Part shown: positions 1-12,500 of the stretch, piece by piece
Layout: each line of letters begins with the position of its first letter
How positions within the stretch are numbered: the stretch's first letter is position 1
NCBI GenBank assembly: GCA_001655205.1
Contig: LPNZ01008612.1
Location: forward strand, 1-54,528
Direction of reading: 5' to 3'
Source: Lenisia limosa
Taxonomy: Eukaryota > Protista > Breviatea
Length of the DNA stretch: 54,528 nucleotides
Notes under the pieces: model-generated
What the model saw: only the letters and a program-made list of their open reading frames with translations
What the model was told of the DNA's origin: nothing
Database searches by the model: none
Position numbers and translations under genes: made by a program

Positions 1-52
1 TTTTGTCCCTGATTCACAGTTTTGTCCCGTGATTCATGTTTTGTCCCATCAC
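1..52 (+). repeat. 19-bp minisatellite (about 2.7 copies visible, TTTTGTCCC(G)TGATTCA..G), intronic
   Basis: Units at 1-19, 20-38 and a partial unit at 39-52; similar to the array at 18073-18180. Confidence 0.75.
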
Positions 53-2843
53 ATATATATTTTTGCAGACTAGAGTTTTGTTTCACACGTACTTTGCGTG
101 ATACGTTGAGTAGTGCTTTCGTGTGGCTGGTGTCATAACGTTTCCCTTTGACTGCGATGGTATTATTAGAAATTAGATTACTACAAGAGCAATGCAAAAC
201 ACATTTTCCGCTGATATTCAATAGATATATTATGTAGACTTTACAATATGATGATTGGGCGGAAAAAGGTTCCACCCATAGGATATGCCCCTACATCAAG
301 AGTGGGAGAGNNNNNNNNNNNNNNNNNNNNNNNNNNNNNNNNNNNNNNNNNNNNNNNNNNNNNNNNNNNNNNNNNNNNATTGCCGTTTCCGAGCTGTATT
401 GCAAACACAGCATCACATGAAGGGCACTTTTGGGTCTGAAGAGATGAGGAGCAGTGCCAAAAACAACTTTCTAGATTGAGTCAACACAGTGTTCATGCTA
501 ACTAGGAGCCTGTGTCGGTTGCATACCTCTGCTTGAAGGTAGCTTTCAAAAGCGGCCTTTCCCCACTCAGCAAATTCATCTGCGTCCAAAAGAACCTGAC
601 AGGTAAGACCCTTTATCTTTCCCTACTCCATAAGATAATACAACAAAGTTCTTGGAACAAGTTGGGTTCTTCTAGACTTTCCCCTTTCACCTTATAGTCG
701 GACTCCATAAAGGGTTGTTTGCATACGCAGTTTGCTCCTTCTATCACAATCGGGCAAGTTGCCTTTTCATTTCCAATGGATTCTGTGGCCATTTTCACTG
801 CGCATAGTCGGCAAAGGTGGTGGCTGCACCCCTGAAAAGTAACATCCGTTGAAAATGAGGTTATTTTGACAAAATTAATCGTTGGGCCTGAAAGAGCAAA
901 GGAGACCAAACTAACATCAACAGAGTAGATTTCGTCAATATTGGTGATTCGGCTGCAAACTGGACATATTTCTTCATAGTCTTCCTCCATCATTTGATGA
1001 ATAATTCTACACTATGACCACACACACAAAAACCTACTCTTTATTGGCTTTGTCTTCTTCTTCTCTCAGCATGTTATGAATCACTGGTGGCGTAAAGTGC
1101 TTGTGATTTTCCATGAGTTGTACTCTTATAAGAAAGTCCACTACATTAAAAACAGATAGGTTGGGTTACGTAGTGATAATAGGTATTCACAGTTCAAGTA
1201 GAGAATAACCACACAAACAGTCCTCTTCTTGCTGAATTTGTCGCACAGCATTCAGTTCAAATTCTTGAAAAGATGTCTTGGTTAGGAGTACCTTCAACGT
1301 TAGAAAAAATATTATGATTTGTCATTCCAAGCAACACTCAGATACCATTTCAGCTCACTTTGAAATCCGATCGAAGGAAGGGGGCATTACACCTTGTATT
1401 GGATTGAAAGTGGTGGTAATGGCACTTGGCTTCCTGAAAGAATGACAATGAAATTATGGATTTCTGCAATTTCGTTTAAGGTGGCTCCTTGTTATCCATA
1501 GCTCCTTTGATCCTCAAAATTTTAAGTCTTTTTAGCCATAGTAATAGTATGCAATAAACCCGAATTACCTGGTCACCATCAACAGCGTTGTTTGCTTGGA
1601 TAGTTGCGCATTCCCGGCAAGATTTGTGGTCGCATGCCTAAGGCGAAAAGTTAAGATGTCACTTTGATAAGAAATAGAATAATCATATTTAAGCATATTA
1701 AACACCCACATCCAAGGAATACATCTCTTCAACTGGCAGAACAGAAGAGCACCACGGACATTCGGCTTTGGGCTTCTCCTCGTTCATTATTTGTTTGATC
1801 AATCTTGAGAATCAATGGATTTCTGAGAAAGATTTAGTGCAAAGAAATGAATATTACAACCCTGTCAAACCTTCGACTTAACTCTTCCTCCTGAGTATTC
1901 ATTTCATCTACTAACCCTAAAAATAATCAGAATTGTTCTTTTTACAAACAGTACAAATACAAACGTACTTTTTTCTTCATCATCATTCATTGCAAACTCT
2001 GAAGATTCCCAAAGAGGCAGTTTTGAAGGGTCAAGAAGAATCTAAACGTAAACATAACACAAAAGAAATAAAATTATGATTTGCAACACGTCATCCATAA
2101 ATGGTGGCAAAACCCTAACCTGATAATCTGGGTCTTTGAAAAGTGCTTCACATTGGTTTCCGGTGAACGGATCTGTTTCTTTGCATTTGACTCTCTATGT
2201 AAAGTCCGAGATTGTATTTGATGGATTAATAGTATTCATAGTTTATTACGGATGTAATAATCTGATATTATATCATAGTTGCCCACATTCTGGCTCATGA
2301 CAGCCACAGTAGCCTGTATCTTGGAGCACTTCAGACAGGCGAGGTGTCCGCATTCCTTCAAAAGGTAACAAAATGCGTGAGAGAATAAAAACTGTTTCAC
2401 GTGTGCTAAAATGGTTTCATGTGTGTTAGTAATTCAGCTTTTTGTGTCTCAGCAAGTGGCATACATTGATTGAAAACATTTCCTCAAAAGGCTTCAGTTT
2501 TCGACACCAAGGGCACTGATAGGTACTCTCATCTTTTGGTGGGAAGAATCTGCGTTGAGTTACTTATCCGGTATATTGATACTCTACACAACACCTTCAT
2601 CCAATCAAACCTGTGAGGAGTGTTACTTTGAGATGGCGCGGATGGAACAGATGGAACAGAAGGGATGGATGGTTCAGATGGTGCGGATGGAGGGGAGGAA
2701 GGGGGCTTACCCCAACCATCGTCAAATTTCCTAAAGGAATGAACATAATGCTTAAATGAACTAAAACAGAACACTCTATAGCACTAAACTATCACATTGT
2801 AGAAAAAGTGAGATATATTGACATATTTCCATCATTAGCACCT
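1..2843 (-). CDS. RBR-like E3 ligase candidate with three tandem C3HC4 RING modules followed by an IBR-like Cys motif; 3' end runs off the window, start uncertain
   Basis: Spliced modules: CPWC..EEMFSIN|ECGHLACLKC..RVKC..QC (~2140-2520), CPWC..EEMYSLD|ACDHKSCREC..AKC (~1390-1770), CPVC..DEIYSVD|GCSHHLCRLC..TCP..CVC (~690-960), then TQKCPSC (~400-435). Introns are GT-AG. Confidence 0.75.
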
Positions 2844-3130
2844 CATCTGACATTTACGCCCTGAGGTCAAACTGGGACAAACCCAATTACATTCCGATGA
2901 GTGAAGGCTGATTTCGGGCCAATTCTAAAGAACCTCCTTATTGATCTCCTACAAAATGAATGGGGTTCTTGATGCAAAGATTATTGAGTTGACAAGGCAG
3001 TCGAGGAGGCTGGTCAAATGTGATGATTGATGAAAGGAGTGAGTTCACCCCCCTCTCTCTCCCAAGATACCTGTTGTTGTAAGTAGTTTGTATGCTGTTT
3101 GTCTATAGTTTTGTAGTTTGTAGTTTTGTG

Positions 3131-3200
3131 GTTACCACTCTAAGGTTCGCTTCGCCGCCTGGGGTGGCGAATACGAGGAGTTTGTTTAGAGTGGCGGTTA
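3131..3200. promoter_or_regulatory. Nested inverted repeat in the divergent RING/vWA spacer
   Basis: CCACTCTAA ... TTAGAGTGG outer arms enclose TTCGCCGC-CTGGG-GTGGCGAA. Confidence 0.35.
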
Positions 3201-3528
3201 CACAACCAGAGGCTAGGAAATTCGTACTCCTAGATACATTTTATCAAATTATTGATTTTCCCCCCAAAACCGGTGTAAACTTCTCTATATCTCAAACGCA
3301 TTGGGGGGATCCCCGGGTACCACAAGATCGGGGGCCGGAGCCGAGTGCACCCGGGACTCGGATTTACTACTGTACTACACCCCACCTCAGTTATCTCACA
3401 GGGCCAAAGAAGAGAGATATCAGCCACGCAATCAAAAAATGGTTGGTTTGGGAGACTATTGTTGCTCATGCTCTGAAGCTCTTAGTGTTTTAAAAGATTG
3501 AAATATAAAAGAAAGTGGCTGATTTACC

Positions 3529-6385
3529 ATGTTTCCCGGGTTTCTCGATTTCCAACTCTACTCTTCCTTTGAAAAATGAAAGAATCCGCTTACTCTGCAG
3601 AACCGGGGAGTTCTTCTTGTCTGCCTTCTCCTATGCGTCTTCGGAGTATGGGGGAGGGGGGGTCGGTAAATAATAGTTGAATGTGAATGACGTAATTCGT
3701 ATTCCACATTCCTTTTGAGGAATAATTTGCGTCCAGTTTGCACTTGGCAATGACGACTACGAATGTGAGCAAACTGCAGTGTGGAATGCCACCCATTGGG
3801 ACAAGTTGATCACTGAAGTCAAGAAGGTGGGCAGTAGGATTCTTTTCTTCTTAATTCTACCCTGCACCCTTCAAATTGGGGGTTGAGTGTTCTTATTCCA
3901 ACTTCTCAGTCATATTATTATAGCACATGAGCTGACATTGGGGAGAACATCACCTTTTAAGGGCAGTATGTCCAGTGACAAAATGAAGACTGCCATTGAT
4001 GGCCTAAACAGCGAGCGTCTTGGAATGACAGCCAACCAGGTGGGCTGAATACCACTCCAGTATTTATGCACTTCTTTATTCCCTCCTTGCCTTTAAAGTA
4101 TTTTGCGCATCTCCAAAAAGCTTATTTTTAGACAAGAAGTATACCATATGATGTGGTATAGTTTTCAATTCAGGAAGACACAGTAACCTTTCATTATTGT
4201 TGTTTTATCATGGCATTTGACTTGAAATGTATCAAGTAGAGTTAAGGGTTCACACTTTAGACTATTGAACTAGTGTCTGTATTCAGCTTCTCCAATGATC
4301 AGGTTTGAAGGGATTGTTTTGCAATATTAATTGTAGAGTTTAATATAACTTGATTCCACATTTTTGACAAATGAGTCACGCCCCAGGTGAAGATCGGTAT
4401 GCTCGCCCAGGAGTACATTTTGTTCACGAGGGTTTCTGACATTCTGGTGCTAATGAAAAAGGTTTCTTTCAGGTTTGTCGATGGATCCTACACATCAGTC
4501 ATTTAAACCTTGGAATACTACAAGGCATTTGATTTTCACGAGTGTAGCAATAGTGCCCTTGAAATCCTCGCTGGTTTTGTGGATACCATCATTGACCTCA
4601 AGGATGAAGATGGAAAGCTCCTTCCAGCCACTGTAGGGCAGAATAAAGCATCTGTCCTTTATAAATGTGATAGAACTGTTTTTTAAGTTTTATTGACTGT
4701 TTAATTTTTAATTTAAACTGCTTGAAACAATATCCCCAGGATGCCCTTGTGGACTACTTTGGAATGTCCTCCGACCAGGCCAAGGCCCGCGAAATCATTG
4801 AAAAGGCCAAGGGGCGCACTTGCTCGTGGGGCGACTGGAATATGTTTACACAGTGATGCTCAAAGCAGAATGTTATATTTCACCCCGTTTTGGTACCTTA
4901 TTGGGGAAGCTCGCTGCTTTCTAACTACCCAGATTTGGCACCATTACTGACCCTCGTGTTGTATTCATGATCGACGTTTCAGGTGTGTTTATTTTCAAGC
5001 TCAAAACCAACTATAGTGGCTATTTTGTGTTGAAGAATTTTCCTCGTGATTACCTTCTCCATTAATCACTAAACAGTCTTGGCCTTTCTACTAACACTCT
5101 GACAATTCAGCGTCCATGGAGGCCACGTGGGTGGGCAAGGACGGGAAGAAATATACCCGACTCAGCTTCGTCCAAATGGAGCTTGAATCCGTGAGCAATG
5201 GGAATCTGGGAGATAGAGAAAAAATATATAATGTTCTTGCCTTTATCTCAGAGATGATGTGGTTACCTTTTAGGTTCTCAGTCACCAACTGGACACCTCT
5301 CAGAAGTTCGATATTGCCGGCTTCGCTGAACGCATCCACCTTTGGCAAACTGTGGGCTCAATAGTAAATGACACTCTGTGCAGTTGTTGCACCGTCTCCT
5401 TCTGTACTTGTCTCTTCCGTTCTCGACACTATGTTATGTAAATACACATATCACGCATTCTTTACCCTCCGCCAGGATCTTGTTGACGTTACTGTCGACA
5501 CTTTAGAGAGAGCGGCAGCAGAGAAAGACAGTTGGCAGCTCGAAGGAGGTGGGAGGGGGGTAGTCTGCCGTGAAGAGGCTAATGGATAAGCTTTTCAATG
5601 CAAATAGTGTAAAGAAATACGATTAACAGGTGGTGGGGAACATTTTCCCCTACATTGTACCCTCTGTTCCTTATTTTGAAGATTGATCTCTCAATTTTGT
5701 TTCTAATTCAAATGGTAATATACCCAATTCAAGGTTTCTTTTTGTTTTATATATTTTTCCATTTTTACCCCCCCAGGCACCAACACAGAAGGAGCCCTGC
5801 GTGCTGCAATGGGCATTGACGGAGTAGTGGCCGTCTTCTTCCTCAGTGACGGCATGCCTTCTGTTGGTGACACCGACGAGAATCGTCTTGTCGAATTGGT
5901 GGGAAGGGATTTGTTGAATTTGGGGCATTGTGCAAGAATTTTCTTGTCATTTCTCCTTCCTTTTTCTTAATGAGTTGATTTTTCTAGGCTGCCACTTTGT
6001 CCAAGCAAGGAGGGGGGGACGAGCCAATCAAGGTTAACACCATCGCTCTTGTTGCTGGAGAGGTGGGATTTTTATCTTAGTCTTCATGTTTCTCTGGTAC
6101 CTGAGAGATTATTTCCATGCAAAGAGAAGAGAGTTATTGGGTCATCAAGTTTCATATTTCGTATAATAGTAATCACTTCACAGAAAGTAACCCTTCTTTG
6201 TTTTATTATCTCTGCTCGTCAGGAATAAGGACCCTCTGTTATTGTTCAGAATCGCTATGAGGAAGATAAAGAGGCCGCAAAGAGGTTCATGAGAAGGCTT
6301 GCTGATGCCACTGGTGGCTTCAACCGTGCAATTGAGGGCTGTTTGGGGGGGGGGTACTCTTCGTTTCTCCACTTCATTTTATTGA
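3529..6385 (+). CDS. von Willebrand factor A domain protein with intact-looking MIDAS; start and last exon approximate
   Basis: Spliced: RVVFMIDVSASM (DxSxS), GGTNTEGALRAA, VFFLSDGMP, IKVNTIAL, FMRRLADATGG. Confidence 0.85.
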
Positions 6386-6539
6386 CGCTCACCACCTAGA
6401 ACTCAAGACCATGGATAACCCTAAACTCGAAGTTTCTCCAAATTCAATACACTATTCAGTGAATATGAAGGGAAACCAAATATCATATCTGGATATACTA
6501 CTACTATACAACAGACCAACTATACAAATGACCATATAT

Positions 6540-9500
6540 CTAGGAAGAATGTCCTTCGCTGAGAATCCGAGCGACAACGTCAGAAACAAGACTCAATCTC
6601 TTTGTCTTTTGCGTCCGTCTGCACCAGTTATAAAGGCGTACAATTGGACTGTCCAAAAAGCGTTTCACATAAATAGGGTAAATTCTTGATAGAACTAAAA
6701 TGACCCCCATAAACATCCAGAAAGCAGCATCCAAGAACCCACTTGTTTTCGATCCGTTTTTGGATATCCTTGTCGTCGGCGTTCCTCGACCTCTGCACTG
6801 CCGCAATCGTTTCCAGACAGTGAATGTCTCGGCCAAAGAGTTTCTCGTCATTGACGTTACCTGGGAGGGGGGGGGGGGNNNNNNNNNNAGCAAATGTTAT
6901 AAAAAGCTAAAGACAGGGGGTGAAAGAGAAGAATAAAACAGGAGACAGATACCCACCATTCGTGAAAAATATTTTAAAGATACTCTCGTGCTCGAATTTG
7001 TCCATGTCGTTGAGGGTTTCTTTTGTGATTGCCACCTACATACATGAAAGAAGCTGAGGGGGGGGGGGCATAAGCCNNNNNNNNNNNNNNNNNNNNNNNN
7101 NNNNNNNNNNNNNNNNNNNNNNNNNNNNNNNNNNNNNNNNNNNNNNNNNNNNNNNNNNNNNNNNNNNNNNNNNNNNNNNNNNNNNNNNNNNNNNNNNNNN
7201 AAAGGAGAAATGGAGCAGCATTATCAAAAAGGCCCACCTTTCTCTCTGGCTTTTTTAGTTTGACGGTGGCTTCATGGGCAATAAGGCAAGGGGGCTTGAT
7301 GTCCTGTGTGGAGGAATCAAAACAATCGATACAACATGAATAAATAAGAAAGGGGCCTCTGTCAATAAGATTTCCCGAAGATGGCAAATCCCAGAGCCCA
7401 ATGAGAGGTAAACAGTTCGGGGCAAAAACTGCGATGCCCCCCTTCGCCTCTTCCATCCCCACATTTTCGAGGTAATTGATCAAAGCTTCGAAATCGATTT
7501 CAGAGTCAATGGATTGGACAATTCCCAGGATGGTAGATTTGGCATTGGGGTGTTGTTTGTCCTAAATTCAATGATTGGCAAATACTCGGAATGGGGAAAA
7601 CACTTTGAAAAGTCAGAGAATATAAGGTTGTAGCAAAGGGCAGCAAATCAAGAGTTTGGCACTCATACATGTCTGATTCGAATCGGCGTCCAGCATCTGT
7701 TTTGCATGTCGTATTTGCACTCTATGAGGGATAAGTAAGACTTAGGTAATACAATGGAAAGATGCATTGTGAAAATCTTGCAGTTTTCTTTCCAGCTTAC
7801 CAACAATTTTGCCCATATACTTGCCTGCTTCTGAATTCTGAAGAAGTAAAGAACAAATAGGTATGTGTCGGATTGTATGATGTGTTATAGGTATTTTATA
7901 CACTCATTAGAACAGCACCTTGATTCCCAGAGCGCCAATAATGGTGTTGTTCTGTGCTGTAGCCATGAATTTGCCTTCCACGTCTCTCTGAACAGATAAG
8001 AATGCAACTATATGCAACAAACAATTCATAACAGTAGGGAATGATGCAAAAAGAATACTGCCCACCGTGATCGACAAATCTGCAGTGTTGAGGTGGGCTG
8101 GCTTCCACTTGAGCATGGTAGCAGTACGGCCAGACTGCTCAGTGAATGTTGTGAAAGAAGAAAACAGTTTTTCGGTTTCATGATGAATACAAGCTTGAAG
8201 GAGTTTGCATCATTTTGGCTTCGCAGCCCCTCGGTCACCTGGTAGGGCGCCGTGTTTTCAGTGAAGACTAGGCCGTCATGCTCATGGAGGAGTTGCGGAA
8301 TAAGATTGTCCCAAACTTTCCTTGTCTTGTTCAGAGGCCAGAATTCCTTCAAGCGGACACGCACTGTTTCCTAAAAAGTGAACAGGGCTCTTCTTAAGAC
8401 TTGATTTTTGATCTATTATAATATATATATGATATGATATGATATGTAATATTGCTTCGGAACTATGTATATTATCATATGCATATATTTTGCAATGAGA
8501 AAAAAAAAATCTGGCTGAAGCCGTCCACACCATCATAAGAGATATTGGATTATAGTATCATATTAATTCACCCAATCCTTTGCCTTACAACTCTGTGTAC
8601 ACAGCTTTCTGCGTGCCTCCCCAGCATACCCACAAGGATTAGATTCATGGATATGATATGTATATGATATACTATATTATAATATGTATATTGGTAACTT
8701 CAATATTTTGAACCCCAAGAATATATATCAAAAGAAGAGGCGCCACATACCTTGTTGAGATCGTAAAGTCCTTGTTTCGCAATATGGATACGGGGTGCAA
8801 TGATCTGGATGGATCATTACACAATAATATGATAACTAGAAATCAAACAAGCGGGGTGCTTATGAGAAGAAATAAGAAGGATAACAGGGAAAAGACACAC
8901 TAAAATGAATAAAACCAAGTCCAAGGGAGACAAGATATACAATGCCCAAACCATACGTTGTCTCTCACGGCTTTGAGGCGATTTTGAAGGGACAGGACGG
9001 CAACGTTTTTGTTGTCCACCATCACAGCATCGAAGACTGTGGATGTCAGTTATCGCTTTGGTCCAATAAAGTCCAACAAATGATTCAAAGAATACTGAGG
9101 GGAAGGAAAAAGCCTACTCAAAAATCTTGGCACGACTTTGCCTGACTTTTCAATATCCATAGTCAGTTCTCCATCCAGCTGGTGAGGTAAGTTTAAGTGT
9201 TAGTAGGGCTTTACTTCTCTGCACAGAGCAACTGTTTAAAAATAATATTTTATGGAACAATAATATGATACTATAATACATGCATAATTATTTCTTGATT
9301 TATCACGATTTATTGAATTACTGTTATTTTCGGGACGAAAGTTCCCCCGTGTGACTAAAAGCATCTCAGGAATCCATACTAGAGTCCTTGCAAGCCCGCG
9401 TTTGCAGTCTTTTGCGACAAAGCACAAGTCTGGGACTAAAGTGTGAGAAATATGATGCTCTCGAAAATTTTTAAAATTCAATAGTGTATTACTACACAGG

Positions 9501-12500
9501 CCCCATTTTCTTCAATTTGCACCCCACATCCTGTTACTAGGCTGACAAAACATCATCCCTCTCACTATGCTGCATTTCACCACTTCTTCCAATAGCAATC
9601 ACATGCTCTCCTTCAATGAAAAGCATATAGCGACACCCGTCAGCCTTGGATAGGTGAGCGGGTTTGTCGTGGGTAGGAAGACAAGCAATCAAGAAAACCA
9701 TCAACTAGTGAAAGATACCACAGCCTCCAGTGATGTACTCAGCCGCAAAGAAATAGAAAGTCTCACGACACAAATGTATGTATATTTTAACACCAACCTT
9801 CCACGTGACTTGGAAGTCCTTCTCCAGATCTTTGAGGGAACCCAAGTTGGTGGCATCAATAGAAATCACCTGCAATATGAAAGAAATGCCACCACCCACA
9901 AAGTTAAATATTATGCAGAGAAAAAAACAAACAACATAAATTCGAAAGAGAATTAATAATATATAGTAGTAGTAGTGCTTCCTATTGCCAATGAAAATAT
10001 TGGTATTCGAGGATTTATCAAGAAATGTAATTGTTGGGACCAATGAGAAATGCAAAAACAAAGAAGAAAGCAGCATACTTGTCCTCCATGGAACTGTTCA
10101 CTGGTCGCGGGTTTGTCAAGTATTTTGTTGACTTCTTGGCGAATTGCTTTGACACTCTCCAATTCACTCCCAATCTTCATGTTGAATTTCGTTCCAAACT
10201 AGAGGGTGAAAAAGAGTTGTTCCGAATTCAGCTTTTAATAGTCGGTTCACTTGAAAATATAGAGAGTAACATTCAGTAATGGTGGTCAGTATTTTCCTTA
10301 CATTATGTGAACGTGCTACTCTCTCACCGGGAACTTATCAGCTTCAGTGGTTTTGTCAAATGTTCGCTCCAAGTGTTTAGGAGGACGCATCTTTGACGGA
10401 GGCTAATTACGTCAGAAAGGCATCTCTTCAGCCCAAAGACTTCCAACTTATGGACCAAAGTGACGAACAATATAACAATCAAACGATAAAGATGAGTCCC
10501 GTACCGGAGGTTTGTGACGATGCTGCATTTTGGGTGTGTTTTTATCAACCTTGGGCAGCAACTTTTGTGTTTCCTCCGGCTTCGGCTTAGGAGCTTCCAC
10601 GGGTTTTGGAGGAGGAGGGGGTGGAGCGCTGTGATTGTGAACAGAAGAAGGAATCGGCATCTGTGACATGGCATCGAGAAACGAGAAATAGTTTGTCCAG
10701 AAATATAAGAGTCCATATCAACAATGATTCATGTTATGACAGTCAGCTTTCAAATATGAGAATTATTTTTCGGAAGTCACATTGAGACGTATTCCTTCAT
10801 GAAGAATCATTGTCACGATAGAGAACAGTGCTAAAAGCCCTAGTCATCTCCAACAGCATTAAAGAAGAAAGTGATTTTTTGGTAACTTCATAGGGACATC
10901 AGAAACAACATTCAGTAAACATACCCCCAGGTGTGCCTTTTAGCTCTTGGTGCTGGGAACTCAAACTTCTTGGCCAACGCGTCGAGATGCTCCTGACTAT
11001 GGATGCCGGGCTTGCGCGCCGTGTTGAAGAGTCTCAAAGCCGCTTTCGGGTCAAAATCTGAAAGGTCAGATATTCAGAGTTCAATTTCGGGCTGGAAAGG
11101 GAACTCAAGATATTCCACAACCAAAATGAAACCCTCGATAAGACATATCATTATATATGATATAGTAGTATATCATATGATATAATATACATATCATATA
11201 TGATGTATGATATAATATAGTATACTATATACTAGTATTATATATATACTATACTAATAATACAATTAGCAAGCAAGAGAAGTCCCACCCAACCCAATTC
11301 CTCGACCATGTAGTTCACGATCATGAATCCTGCTGTGTTTACTCCATGCATTGTGAGAACGGCTATGACGGGTGCCTAGAAGAGAGTCAAAACGAAAAAT
11401 ATCGACAAAGCATCCAAAATTCAATCATTTGGGTAGGGGTGAAGCTATTTAATAATATCATCGGTTGTTTGATCTCAAAAGTAACATTTCCGCAATTCTT
11501 CAAAAATTACAAAAGCAACTTCAAGAACCTTCGCACCTTCCTTCTGTTCCTCCTCCAACCCCATGCTGTCATAACCCGCTACTCCAACCTCACCTCAACA
11601 TTCTCGTTCTCCCATTTGTCGAGCAAGCTCTTGACTGTTTTGTTGAACTAAAACGTGGGTCATGTAACCGTGTGCGATGTCTAAGCCTTCCAAAAAGACC
11701 GATATTCAAGATATATTCTCGATAACTGTTACGAAATCCCTTTATGCTGGAAATGTGCCCCTTTATGCTGGGAATGTACAGAAAGCTGTGTACACAGATT
11801 TTTCAGACATCTGATTGAATTAATTTTACTATCATCTCGTATAAGGGTAATTACTCATCCTACCATAAGTTGGAGATGGGCAGGTGGGACACCTTCGCGG
11901 GGGACTGCAAGGCGAATGTATTGGACTTTGGCCTTTTCATCTTCGGACATGGTGAAAAACTCCCCCTAAAAGGTGATAAGGGAGTTGTCAAAGAGCAACC
12001 TTTTATAATTTCATTACCAAGCGAGATGAGAACACATAGATAATATAATTTATGTCATATGGTCTATGTATTATGTGTATATATTCATGTCGTGAATATA
12101 CAATTGAAGTTCCACTCAGAAAATACCTCTTTCTGCGAGACCAAATCAATAATAGCCTTCAAATTCTGTTTCTACATTGTCAATATTCATCTTCAAACAT
12201 CGATTTTAGCACCAAAGGAAACCCAGCTGAGAGCTTCCAACCTGATTGCGTGCCTGTTGCAGCATGTATGACGGCTGATAGACATTGGCCTCGTCATGAA
12301 GCATTGGCTCAAGAAGGGATCCAAGAAACACCTGTCTTGTTAAGGGGATAGGTTGAATAGTTTTAGCAGTGGAGAATTAACAAAGATGCAACTTCAATTA
12401 TCCTCAACATTATATCATCTTTTTTTAATACCACTAATTGTCAATCCATCATCAATTCCCAACTTTGCTGGCGATGAAGGTATCTGCAATGAGGGTCGAC

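Noticed and set aside
3306-3320. GGATCCCCGGGTACC matches the BamHI-SmaI-KpnI part of the pUC polylinker
   Set aside because: Only 15 bp match and the flanks do not continue as vector; most likely chance in a GC-rich palindromic region.
3092-3493. 133-aa plus-strand ORF in the RING/vWA spacer
   Set aside because: No recognisable domain, non-ATG start, and it overlaps a probable promoter or UTR. It cannot be fully excluded as a vWA 5' exon.
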